Source of the DNA: Ignicoccus pacificus DSM 13166
GTDB lineage: Archaea > Thermoproteota > Thermoprotei_A > Sulfolobales > Ignicoccaceae
Assembly: GCA_025340205.1 (NCBI GenBank)
Contig: CP006868.1
Span: 360,001 to 392,000 of the forward strand
Direction: 5' to 3'
Length of the DNA: 32,000 bases
Positions 9,010-18,281 of this stretch are shown piece after piece; position 1 is the stretch's first letter, and each line of letters opens with the position of its first letter. Below the pieces are notes generated by a model. It was given only the letters and a program-made list of their open reading frames with translations, had not been told where the DNA came from and searched no databases. Position numbers and translations under genes: made by a program.

Positions 9010-10260
9010 CTACTGAGCAGTTGCTTGTACCAAGCTCTGGAACTCCTCGGGCTCGATGAAGCAGAGGGGGTCCTCCCCCCAAGGGTCTCCTGTCAGCGCC
9101 CAAGCCCTTCCTCTGCTGCCTCCTCCGCAGACCTCCTTGAAGGGACACCTCCCGCACTTACCCCTCAAGTTCTTGGCTATGTTTAGGAACGGCTGAAGGT
9201 CTGGGTTGTCCTTCCTCAATATCTCTCTCAAGCTCTTCTCTCTGACGTTGCCCAAGGTTACCCAGTCTATGAACTGGCAAGGCTTAACGTCTCCATTAGG
9301 ATAGATGCTTATGCTCTTCCTCCCACAGTCGCCTTGGGCTTGAAGCATGTTGAGGTATTCCTTGAAGTCCTCCTCATCCTTAGCCAGCTTCTTAGCTATG
9401 TAGATACCCATGAAGTTGCCCCTAACTATGAGTATCTCCAGCTTGTCAGCGTACTCCCTAGCGAGATCTATTACGGTATCAGCCATCCACTTGAGCTGCT
9501 CCGGGGTGGGAAGCCAATCCTTTATGTCCTCACCCCTTCCGATTGTGTCTAGCAAGTAGAAGGAGACCCTCTTGATTCCTTGCTCAGCGCTCCACTTGAC
9601 TATGTCCGGCACCTCCTTAACGTTGTACTTAGTTATGGTAGTCCTTATTCCTACGTCCAGTCCCGCTTCTAAGCTGTTCTTTATGCCATCCAAGGTGAGC
9701 TTGAACGCCCCCGGAACTCCCCTGAACTTGTCGTGGTACTGAGGGACTATGGAGTCTATGGAAATTCCAACGTAATCGAACCCATAATCCTTGAGCTTCT
9801 GGGCAACGTCCTTGGTTATCATGGTTCCGTTGGTGCTCAATGAGAGCTTGGGGAATTGAGCCTTAGCCATAGGCTCTATTATCTCCCAGAAGTCCTTCCT
9901 TATTAAGGGCTCTCCTCCAGAGAGGATGACCAAGGGAATCCTCATCTGGACCATTTCCTCGGAGAGCCTCCTGGCCTCCTCCGTGGTGAGCTCCGTTGGA
10001 TCCTGCTGGGCCTTAGCCCTTATGTAACAGTGAAGGCACTTGAGGTTGCACTGGTAAGTTATGTTCCAGAAGACCAAGGGACGGAAGTACTCGGTGAACC
10101 TAGAAGGCTTCTTCTTGTGGTACTCTCCCTTGATCTTTGTGGAGACGGTTCCCCTTCCCACGACCATGGTAGTTACGGGAATCACTCCTGGTACCCAGAT
10201 AGGGGCGTGGGGGACCTTAATTATAGGGCGTATTGAGGGACTAAACCGCCTATCCTTCAA
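9010..10260 (-). CDS. Radical SAM/SPASM protein (AhbC/AhbD/NirJ-like)
   Basis: CNLKCLHCY cluster motif, LSGGEPL, C-terminal CGRKSISIYPNGDVKPCQF...CGRCPFKEVCGGGSRGRAWALTGDPWGEDPLC typical SPASM arrangement; TTG start. Confidence 0.8.
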   Translation of the reverse strand: MKDRRFSPSIRPIIKVPHAPIWVPGVIPVTTMVVGRGTVSTKIKGEYHKKKPSRFTEYFRPLVFWNITYQCNLKCLHCYIRAKAQQDPTELTTEEARRLSEEMVQMRIPLVILSGGEPLIRKDFWEIIEPMAKAQFPKLSLSTNGTMITKDVAQKLKDYGFDYVGISIDSIVPQYHDKFRGVPGAFKLTLDGIKNSLEAGLDVGIRTTITKYNVKEVPDIVKWSAEQGIKRVSFYLLDTIGRGEDIKDWLPTPEQLKWMADTVIDLAREYADKLEILIVRGNFMGIYIAKKLAKDEEDFKEYLNMLQAQGDCGRKSISIYPNGDVKPCQFIDWVTLGNVREKSLREILRKDNPDLQPFLNIAKNLRGKCGRCPFKEVCGGGSRGRAWALTGDPWGEDPLCFIEPEEFQSLVQATAQ

Positions 10261-10653
10261 GCCTTTCCTTAATCTTCTCCAGGAGGGCTATGCCTTCCCT
10301 AGCGGTCTTCAAGCAAAGTGCAGAGTCCTCTTCATCGAAGTCTCGCTTCTATGCCCTTCCTAGGTAATAGGCCTCTTCGAGCATTTGAAGGTACGACCTT
10401 TTATTCCTTGAGAACTCGTAGAGCTCTTCGGTATCCATTCCGACCTTGACGAGCTCCTTTATCAGCAATCCGAACAGCTTCCCTAAGTTATGATCTTTTG
10501 TTACCTTACCAAAATACTTAAGCAAAAGTCCTTTCAAGTACAGCTCTAGCGCTTGCTCTGCTGAGGCGCGAGCTAAGTTGTGAAATCGTCCTCTCTTTCC
10601 ACCTCTGCCACTTTCAGGAGCTCGTAGGCCCTTTCGATAAGCCTTTCAGCCAA
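10250..10653 (-). pseudogene. Disrupted HEPN protein (COG2250-like)
   Basis: LAERLIERAYELLKVAEVER | shift | GRFHNLARASAEQALELYLKGLLLKYFGKVTKDHNLGKLFGLLIKELVKVGMDTEELYEFSRNKRSYLQMLEEAYYLGRA * KRDFDEEDSALCLKTAREGIALLEKIKERLEG: one frame change plus in-frame TAG at 10349-10351. Confidence 0.75.
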
Positions 10654-10917
10654 TTCTTATCACCTTACCCAATCTCTCGTATTCCTTCAACCTAGACTTA
10701 TCAGCAGGGTGAAATTGCAAGGGATAGTTGGGAATAATATTCTCTTCCATTAAGGCCTCGATTACGGAAAGCAGGTATCTGAACTTCGGTCTATACGGAA
10801 ACACCAGCAACAAGTCTACGTCACTCCTAGCGGTGAACTTGCCCTCTGCAACGCTCCCTATTAGGTATACCTCTACCTCAGGATAGACTTTTTAATTATT
10901 TTGATTGTTCTCTTCAT
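10646..10917 (-). pseudogene. Disrupted MNT nucleotidyltransferase, or recoded gene
   Basis: MKRTIKIIKK (ATG at 10917) in one frame, then YPEVEVYLIGSVAEGKFTARSDVDLLLVFPYRPKFRYLLSVIEALMEENIIPNYPLQFHPADKSRLKEYERLGKVIRIG in the -1 frame; GS...DVD catalytic motif intact. Confidence 0.7.
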
Positions 10918-10942
10918 AACCTTGTTTTTCCATTCTTTTATT

Positions 10943-12073
10943 TTAAGGTAGTTTTGATACACCGCTCTCCCCCTGGAGGCTCGCTTCCTCATTCCTTAGA
11001 GCTCCTCCGCTTTTCGACCTTAGCGACAAAAGCCACGAGGCCACGCTCAGTCCCAAGGAGGATAGTGACAGTATTGGCAGAGTCCAAGGTCCCAAAGCAG
11101 TTATCAAGCTTCCCAAGAACCTTCCTCCATCCGCAGAGGCGTTGAATGTACCTACCCTTCTTCCCACGTCTCCGGTTCTGGCGAGTCCTAGTAAGGAGCT
11201 CCTCCACCAAGCAACTAAAGTCTTGGTGGTGAAGAGGCCTAGGACAGAGAGCCCTCCGCCTAACGGCATTAGCAAGGAGCTTAGAGAGGTGCTCAGTCCT
11301 GGAAGCAGTATCGAGAGGTGACTCTCCATTATGTCTATGAGCTTTTTGTTCAAGAAGTAACTAACGGCCGATCCTACCAAAGCGGCTAGGGCGAGTATTA
11401 TCCCTCCGTAGAGCTTGCCGAACTCCTTCCCAAATATTGCTATCGCAACTTCAGTGTTCACCAGAAGGGTCATGAAGCCCAGCGCTATTCCAGAAAGTAT
11501 CAGAGCTGTCAGAGGTGGAACGAACGTCCTCCTCTTATCCTTTCTTCCCATCTTCTCCTTCTTTGCCTTTCCTTTCTCAAACAACATAATTGCAGACAGA
11601 ATTAACAAGGCTATGGAGCTGGGCAAGAGCGTTCCTTTAGGGAAGGCACCTCCTAGGGCAAAGGCGAAGAACCAGCCGGCGTTAGACGCCAAGAAGTACA
11701 AGGAGGAACCTCTCCCCCTCTTCTCGACTCCCACCTTGCTCATGGTTATCGCTTGAAGGGAGGGCCAAGTGAGGCCAGCGCTGAAGCCGTGAACTATCCT
11801 CAAGGGGAGATAAAGCGTGGAAGGAAGCAAGTAGTAGCCTATCCCGACCCATCCGAGAGTGAAGAGTCCCAAGGAGGTTATTTTGGCTCCGAACTTCTTG
11901 CTCAGCTCTCCTCCCAGGAAGGAGGTGAGTATCCTGCCTAAGGCGAAGGTCGCAGCCAATAAAGCTAGGAAGCTCCAGCCTTGGGAGAGCGTGGAGAAGG
12001 CACTTCCAACCCTCAACAGCCTTGAGGCCGTCGTCCCTAAGAACACTATTATTAATAATGAGTAGAAGTTCAT
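10943..12073 (-). CDS. MFS-family transporter
   Basis: About 12 hydrophobic segments, 376 aa; internal loop motifs LGGELSKKFGAK and KRGRGSSLYFLASNAGWFFAFALGG. Confidence 0.75.
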   Translation of the reverse strand: MNFYSLLIIVFLGTTASRLLRVGSAFSTLSQGWSFLALLAATFALGRILTSFLGGELSKKFGAKITSLGLFTLGWVGIGYYLLPSTLYLPLRIVHGFSAGLTWPSLQAITMSKVGVEKRGRGSSLYFLASNAGWFFAFALGGAFPKGTLLPSSIALLILSAIMLFEKGKAKKEKMGRKDKRRTFVPPLTALILSGIALGFMTLLVNTEVAIAIFGKEFGKLYGGIILALAALVGSAVSYFLNKKLIDIMESHLSILLPGLSTSLSSLLMPLGGGLSVLGLFTTKTLVAWWRSSLLGLARTGDVGRRVGTFNASADGGRFLGSLITALGPWTLPILSLSSLGLSVASWLLSLRSKSGGALRNEEASLQGESGVSKLP

Positions 12074-12223
12074 TTCGATACCCCGCGAGATTTCCTCGGA
12101 GGCTTATTGAATGCCTTTTCCCTTAGGAGTAGCGTTAGGAGATTTCATGGAACTGTTCGCGTTCCAGAACGCGACACTGCTCCGCGCCTCAAAAGCGACG
12201 GTTTCGCACCCTCTGTGGGGTCA

Positions 12224-15200
12224 ATGGTGCTGAACGGAAGGTTTAGAAAAGGAGGGATCGCAAACGTACTCTCTCTGGCGGTGCTCATAGTCATACTTAC
12301 TGTAGCGATAGTGCTGCTCATGAACGCCTTAGCTCAACAGAACACCATACTGCAGAGGCAGACTCAAAAGGCCTCTCAGTCAGCGGTAGTCCAAGCGATC
12401 CTGGCGAAGATAGGCGGGTGTGCTGCCAAGGTCTACGACACCTACCAAGGCCAATGGGCAGTAGTCGTCAAGTCGGATGACATCGCCTCGTTCTGCAGGT
12501 ACGTCCAAGCGGTCCAAGTCATAGGAGAGGAGAACGGGGTCAAGTATGCTTACCTAATCAAGAAGGTAGGCAATCAGTGGGTCATAACTTCCCCCGCCGG
12601 AGCTCCCAGCGTGCCGACGGTCTATCCCCTCCAGTGTGGAACTCCCGTTAACATAACCTACAGCCTAGACGGCTCTAGCAAGCCTATTGGAACCATAGAG
12701 GCCGTCATGGAGATCCTGCCTATAGATGAGAACTTCAAGGTTGATAGCGTACAGATACTGATCCAGGGAAGCGGCTGGAAGAACTTGGGCAGCTGCTTCC
12801 TAGCCCAAGGGGGAGGGGTGGTGCAGCAGACCACCATTCAGCAGACCGTCTACAGCATCGGACCAATAACGGTACTAGCAAGCGCCAACTTCAACCCGCT
12901 CAGCTACATCTGCCCTCCAGCTAAGACCGTGGTTGGAGATGAGGACGCTTACACGATAGCAATAGTTCTCAACCCTCAGATGAACGGCAAGAGGAACTAC
13001 GTACCTACAAGCTATCTAATAGACCTCAAGAGCATAATAGAGAAGGCCGCTCCACCGAGCTCCCCTCTAAAGGTCAATGAGAACGACGTGTTCATAAGGA
13101 ACATAACTGTCATAGGGCTAAGGACCATGCCGGGCCTAGGACCTACCAGCTTCGCCACCACCGGCTACTTGCCTTGGAGCTTCACCGCCCTGAACTACAC
13201 CTCCAAGATTCCGGTGTATCAGAGTGACGGAGTGCTGACCTTCAACATGACAGCAGATGCTCCAATGAGTCCCTCAAGCCCTGTTCAGTACAGCGCGGTC
13301 GTCTGTCTGTACCTAGGAATTAAGGGCCAGGTGCCAGCTGACGCCACTGGAGTGCTGGGAGACGTCAACAACGACGGTATTACCGACTGGAAGAAGATAA
13401 ACGTGCCGACGATAAACAGCACTCAGTTCCCGTGCTTCTCACCGATGGGCTACGATGTCTGCTACATACCGGCCACCTTTGGGCACTACAACACTACCAT
13501 TACTGATGCTTATAACGTAACCTTCGCTTACCTGCAGAAGCCCGTCGACAGCACCGTAAGGGTGCCGAAGATAATAATCGATAACCCCAACCCCAAGAGC
13601 TTATACTACTACGTGGTGAGAGTGGAGCTACCGGACAAGCTGAAGGATAAGCCGATAACCATAACTGACATGACGGGAGCCAAGATACCCTTCTGCTACG
13701 AGACCGCCGTTGGGTACTGTACTACTGACTACAAGCAAGGAGACGGCTACGTCTGGGTCAACGTGCCCTACATACCCGCCGGCTCAAGCGTGAGCCTACA
13801 GATACTTGAAGGTGAGAACGGAGCAACCGATCCGCACAGAGTGTTCCCGGTGTACATAAACTTCATGAAGTACAACGTGACTCAAGGAAACGAGACCATA
13901 ATATATGAGCCAGCAATAAACGTGACCGGCTACAAGTACCTGTGGTACTTCCCTGGAAACGCTTGGACATTAGCGGCTGCAGCAGTAGAGGATCCCAACC
14001 ACGTAACCAACTTCGTCTACAATGATCAGAACTTCACCATAGTCACCGACTTCAGGTGGGACGCTGCCCCCAACAACGCGGATAACGACCAAGTTGATTA
14101 CTACTACCAATACAGAACTAGGATATACTACAACTTCTTCCCAATAGCGTATAGCGCCGACCCTAATACAGGCGACGCATGGTTGTTGGGGCTCTACGAG
14201 GGATTGCCATTCTTGGTAATATGGGTGCAAGGAACCCCCTATAAATTCACCGCTCCAGAGGCAGTCATACCCGGAATCAAGTACAGGGTAGTAGCTACTG
14301 TCAAGTTCGTGAATGGAGTACCTCAAGGCACCGTCAGCGTTTACCCGCTCGAACAGGAGAGGGGAGAGAGGCCGCCGATAACCCAAGTGAACTTACCGCA
14401 GTACTGGAACTCTCTTATTGCCAGCTACTATGCTGACAATGTCTTCGCGATCTCTGGAGCCGACTACGGATACAACGTTACTGGAGGAGGCTTTGGATGG
14501 GGTGGCGGAACCACGAGAACTTACTACCTATTCAGCTTCTCCGGAATGATATACAATGTGACGCTGTTCTCCGGCTACATGGACCCACTGCAAGCAATAA
14601 ACTGCTACACCAACTACAACGCTACCATCTGTCCGCCCAGAGTGGCCTACATTATGCCGCCAACTGCCGACTCCTTACCAATAAACCTGAACGGAACGAT
14701 ACTGAACTCCACGATATTCACTCTACAACCAGGTTCGACAGCAACGACGCCCTTCTACGTCCAAACTTACAGCGCGCCGCCGTACCCGTTAGGAGCGGAG
14801 GTAGACTTCTACTTCTTCACGAATAAGACCGTAATAACCAACGGAACAGCGAAGAGCTACTTGATAGATCCGGTAGCCGCTGTCATGTACGGAACACCTA
14901 TGGACAACTTAGGGAACACTTCAAGGGTGATCGACCTAGCAAAGGTCGTGCAGACGTTGCCACACGCCTTCAACCTAACCGGAGATGGAGGATTTGTGCT
15001 CAACAGCACTTGGCTGGGAACGGGTAACAGCTGGAACATAATGCTGCAACCACAAGTACCAAAGGGAACGTACTACGAAGTCAGAAGTGCACTTAATGGA
15101 GGAAGCTACGGAGAGTACTACAGTACCAACCAGTCTTGGAATGTGATATACTCCTTCGTACCGTCTGTAGTAGCCGACGACTACAGCTGGCTGAAGTGGA

Positions 15201-16261
15201 TGCTCTATGAGGGCAGCGACTTAAGCGGAGTTACCACCAACAACTACAGGATATCATTCGTAAGGGACAGCCCCAACTACGATGCTTGGAGAATCTACTT
15301 CTATAGCTTCGGAACTACAATAGCATTCCACTTGACCAACCCGAAGAAGCTCTACTACGTAGTCGCCAAGTACGATCTGAGCAGACCGATGGCTACGTTC
15401 AAAATAAACGAGGGAGGAGCGATTGGAACGCTGTTCTACTACGCTATTGCCGACTTGAGTCAGAGCAACCTAGCGATCTACTACCAGCAGCTTAGACCTC
15501 AAGACGTGAAGTACATAGGAATGAGCTTCCTTGACAGGGACACCGCAGAGACCGTGAACTGGCTCAACCAGACCTTCGGATATCCCAGCGACACTAGAGT
15601 CTACTACTTCATGTTCGTAAGGCCCGTGGCAGAGGTGGAGCCGACAGTAACCATAGAGATGCCAGAGCTGGAGTCCCCGCTCGTAGACCTGCCAATTGTC
15701 TACTGGGTGGGCCACAGCTACTTCACCAACTTAACTAACATAACCCTCGCTCCAGCGAACGTGACCTATCATCTGCTAGGAGAGGACGTGGAGCTCGAGC
15801 CCAGCGTCTACGGAGTCCTAGCAAACCAGACGGTAGGAGCCTTCAGCAACGTGAGCAGCTTCGAGCAGATAAAGGCGGTCGCTCCAATATGGTCAGCCAG
15901 CAGCTACAACCTAACTATGGCCAACTACACACTACCGATAAGTATAGCCAGCAACTGGACGCTCTACGACTGGAATGGAACCGGCGTGGACTTCCAAGCG
16001 CTGCTAGACCCGTGGGGCGACTTCGTGTTCAACTTCAGGAACCTAACGCTGCCGGAGTACTACGTAATAGGACTCAGCAACCCCAACAGCACCATAGCGA
16101 CCTCTCTGATAATAGCTGGAAAGGACGTGAACGGAACGGTAGCGGGTCTGCTGAACGCTGACGACCTCCTAAGCACCGCTCTGAACGACACTGCGATAAT
16201 AGGAATAGACAAGCTGAACTGGTACGTGACGATAAGCGGACCCTACTGTATCAAGTGCTAA
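12224..16261 (+). CDS. Giant secreted/surface protein with type IV prepilin-like (class III) signal peptide; contains DUF2341-like and single Ca-binding-loop segments
   Basis: Tracker ORF starts at 12107; internal ATG at 12224 gives MVLNGRFRKGG|IANVLSLAVLIVILTVAIVLLMNALAQQN. Remainder is beta-rich, Tyr/Asn/Pro-rich with many N-x-S/T sequons and Cys; GDVNNDGITDWKKI loop. Confidence 0.85.
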   Translation: MVLNGRFRKGGIANVLSLAVLIVILTVAIVLLMNALAQQNTILQRQTQKASQSAVVQAILAKIGGCAAKVYDTYQGQWAVVVKSDDIASFCRYVQAVQVIGEENGVKYAYLIKKVGNQWVITSPAGAPSVPTVYPLQCGTPVNITYSLDGSSKPIGTIEAVMEILPIDENFKVDSVQILIQGSGWKNLGSCFLAQGGGVVQQTTIQQTVYSIGPITVLASANFNPLSYICPPAKTVVGDEDAYTIAIVLNPQMNGKRNYVPTSYLIDLKSIIEKAAPPSSPLKVNENDVFIRNITVIGLRTMPGLGPTSFATTGYLPWSFTALNYTSKIPVYQSDGVLTFNMTADAPMSPSSPVQYSAVVCLYLGIKGQVPADATGVLGDVNNDGITDWKKINVPTINSTQFPCFSPMGYDVCYIPATFGHYNTTITDAYNVTFAYLQKPVDSTVRVPKIIIDNPNPKSLYYYVVRVELPDKLKDKPITITDMTGAKIPFCYETAVGYCTTDYKQGDGYVWVNVPYIPAGSSVSLQILEGENGATDPHRVFPVYINFMKYNVTQGNETIIYEPAINVTGYKYLWYFPGNAWTLAAAAVEDPNHVTNFVYNDQNFTIVTDFRWDAAPNNADNDQVDYYYQYRTRIYYNFFPIAYSADPNTGDAWLLGLYEGLPFLVIWVQGTPYKFTAPEAVIPGIKYRVVATVKFVNGVPQGTVSVYPLEQERGERPPITQVNLPQYWNSLIASYYADNVFAISGADYGYNVTGGGFGWGGGTTRTYYLFSFSGMIYNVTLFSGYMDPLQAINCYTNYNATICPPRVAYIMPPTADSLPINLNGTILNSTIFTLQPGSTATTPFYVQTYSAPPYPLGAEVDFYFFTNKTVITNGTAKSYLIDPVAAVMYGTPMDNLGNTSRVIDLAKVVQTLPHAFNLTGDGGFVLNSTWLGTGNSWNIMLQPQVPKGTYYEVRSALNGGSYGEYYSTNQSWNVIYSFVPSVVADDYSWLKWMLYEGSDLSGVTTNNYRISFVRDSPNYDAWRIYFYSFGTTIAFHLTNPKKLYYVVAKYDLSRPMATFKINEGGAIGTLFYYAIADLSQSNLAIYYQQLRPQDVKYIGMSFLDRDTAETVNWLNQTFGYPSDTRVYYFMFVRPVAEVEPTVTIEMPELESPLVDLPIVYWVGHSYFTNLTNITLAPANVTYHLLGEDVELEPSVYGVLANQTVGAFSNVSSFEQIKAVAPIWSASSYNLTMANYTLPISIASNWTLYDWNGTGVDFQALLDPWGDFVFNFRNLTLPEYYVIGLSNPNSTIATSLIIAGKDVNGTVAGLLNADDLLSTALNDTAIIGIDKLNWYVTISGPYCIKC

Positions 16262-16326
16262 AACGTTACCTTTGAAAGCTCCCTACATTTTTATCTATTC
16301 TCCCTTTCCTTCATCTGGGTCATATC

Positions 16327-17685
16327 TTGGTCTTCGGGAGCAAGGGATCCCTATCCTACTCAGAAGCTAGAGATGCTATAGCTAAGTGGTTGCTCCTAGG
16401 AAACGTGGAGCCTTGTAGAGCACCCCCGATCTTCGTTTACTCAGAGCCGGGGTTCTCCATAAACCATCTCATAGCTGATGCCTTCAAGACTGCAATGAGT
16501 ACGGTGAAGGGTACCTACGAGGAGAAGGTACCGGAGGACTTGAAGGCCTTCGTAACTGCCTTAGAGAGGATAGACAACCTAGGGATACTTCACACTTTGA
16601 CTAAATACGACGACGTTAAGGTTTTGTTTAATACAAAGGAGAAAGGTGAGGGATTAGTAATCTATACCGTAACGCCGGAGTACTTGAAGAAGGAGGGGTT
16701 GGATGGAATAGTTGAGGCGTTGAGCAGAGCGGACTTCGCGGTCCTCCACGTTTACAACGCTCTCGATGGAATAGATGAGGAGGTCAAGAGGATGTATGAG
16801 GCTATGGTACAAGGACTCTGGAGCAAGCTCAACAAGCCGATAATCTTCAGCCAGCAGCTAGTACCGGGAGTCAGCAAGAGGGCGTTAAGCTTAGGGTTCG
16901 GAACCGGAGGAATTGCGATAATGAAGGTGGAGCTTCCGAACGTGGAGGAGTGGGCCTCTTGGGTTTCGAGAACCTTCAAGGTTAAGGCTGATAGGGACGT
17001 GATCGAATTCGTTAAGGTAATATCCCCTGAGACGTTACCCTTACCCTTCGCTGAACTTCTAAGGGAGATAAACGAGAGGGCTTACGGAGTTGGAGATCCC
17101 TTCAGCGGAAAGGAGCTCTTCGTCGTCGAGAGGGAGGGAATAAGGATAGAGGCGACGCCGGTGCTGGGTTCTCCCATGGAATCCCTTCCCAGCCCCGACG
17201 GCTGGACCAAGGTGGCTTTGCTTCCGTGGAACTATCACAAGCTCGCTAGAGAACTAGCAATTGCGGTGCTGGGCAGCACGAAGTTGGTAGATGGCTTGGA
17301 GCTGTACAAGAGGAAAGCTAAGATGGCTCCGAAGATTATCAAGGATTTAGAGGACTCAGTCAGTAGCGGGAGAAGCGAGGGAGCGATAGAGGATTTAGTT
17401 CAACTCATAAATGATCTAGAGGAGCATGGAGGAGACGAGGTGGCCTCTGCTATACTCATCAGAGCATTAGCGAGCCTCTACAAGTACGCCGAGAAGTTCG
17501 AGAGCTGGGAGACTTGCGATGAGGAGTGTAGGGCGCTCAAGATAATGTGCGAGCTTCACTCAAGACTCAAGGAGATACAAGCACCACTTCTCAGAAAAAT
17601 CGTAGAAGAAATAAATATTCTCGTTGTAGAGTTAACTGGAGCGGAGGCAGGGAAGGCATGCGCAAAGTTGAAACTTCTAATATAG
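16327..17685 (+). CDS. Hypothetical protein, 452 aa
   Basis: Long ORF with coding-like composition immediately downstream of the giant surface gene; no family recognised. Confidence 0.65.
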   Translation: MVFGSKGSLSYSEARDAIAKWLLLGNVEPCRAPPIFVYSEPGFSINHLIADAFKTAMSTVKGTYEEKVPEDLKAFVTALERIDNLGILHTLTKYDDVKVLFNTKEKGEGLVIYTVTPEYLKKEGLDGIVEALSRADFAVLHVYNALDGIDEEVKRMYEAMVQGLWSKLNKPIIFSQQLVPGVSKRALSLGFGTGGIAIMKVELPNVEEWASWVSRTFKVKADRDVIEFVKVISPETLPLPFAELLREINERAYGVGDPFSGKELFVVEREGIRIEATPVLGSPMESLPSPDGWTKVALLPWNYHKLARELAIAVLGSTKLVDGLELYKRKAKMAPKIIKDLEDSVSSGRSEGAIEDLVQLINDLEEHGGDEVASAILIRALASLYKYAEKFESWETCDEECRALKIMCELHSRLKEIQAPLLRKIVEEINILVVELTGAEAGKACAKLKLLI

Positions 17686-18281
17686 GGTTCCTTAATAGAG
17701 AAAGAATACGTACCTTGATGTTACTTGAGAGTTGGGGGTTGAACGTTCCCCTATACGCTATCGTCGACGAGAAGAACTGGGAAAGGGCTAAGTTTTACAA
17801 GAGACAATGCGCAATAAGGTTCGACGTACTCACTTGTGAGCTCCCCAAGATAAATGCTAGAATAGTTCCCGGTCCCCCGCCATTAATTGCACATTCCTCT
17901 CCTTGCGTTGCAGAGAGACTCTTCGAGGAGCTCTCTAGGAAGGGATGTAAGTTCTTGGCGCACGTGACCGACGTAACCATAAACGACACGGTAGGAGCCG
18001 GCGTTACCATGAAGTGGAGGGGAAGGATAATCAGCGAGATAAGCATAGGAGGGAGCGTTAGGGACATCACTAGGAGGGGGAAGGTAGACGCTAGGGCTTT
18101 TTGGGAGGGCTGCAAGATGAGGATCGAAGGTCCTCTTCAAGGCCTTCTGAGCTATTGTGCTTACAAGAGCTTGGAGGTCATGGAAAGGCTTCCGGAAGGC
18201 CTCATCGAGTGGAGCTGTCATAAGGGGAGGTATGGAACTCTCGGCGATCACGCGATCTTCTGGGAGTTCGTAGAGCTCTAA
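17658..18281 (+). CDS. Hypothetical Cys-containing protein, about 207 aa
   Basis: Tracker ORF starts at 17547, but ATG at 17658 (MRKVETSNIGFLNRERIRTLMLLESWG...) is more plausible; the upstream 37 aa are low-quality and overlap the previous gene. Confidence 0.55.
   Translation: MRKVETSNIGFLNRERIRTLMLLESWGLNVPLYAIVDEKNWERAKFYKRQCAIRFDVLTCELPKINARIVPGPPPLIAHSSPCVAERLFEELSRKGCKFLAHVTDVTINDTVGAGVTMKWRGRIISEISIGGSVRDITRRGKVDARAFWEGCKMRIEGPLQGLLSYCAYKSLEVMERLPEGLIEWSCHKGRYGTLGDHAIFWEFVEL

Noticed and set aside
12107-12223. N-terminal 39-aa extension of the giant ORF
   Set aside because: MNAFSLRSSVRRFHGTVRVPERDTAPRLKSDGFAPSVGS does not fit before a prepilin-type leader; ATG at 12224 gives a short, canonical class III signal.
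13970-14386. 138-aa minus ORF (and others at 14497, 14857, 15470, 15889) inside the giant surface gene
   Set aside because: Antisense or shifted shadows of a well-supported 4-kb ORF; composition (Tyr/Val/Gly strings) mirrors codon use of the sense gene, with no independent motif.
12224-18281. Surface gene cluster as an integrated virus/plasmid
   Set aside because: No integrase, replication or capsid genes and no flanking direct repeats at the tRNA; the prepilin leader explains the gene better.
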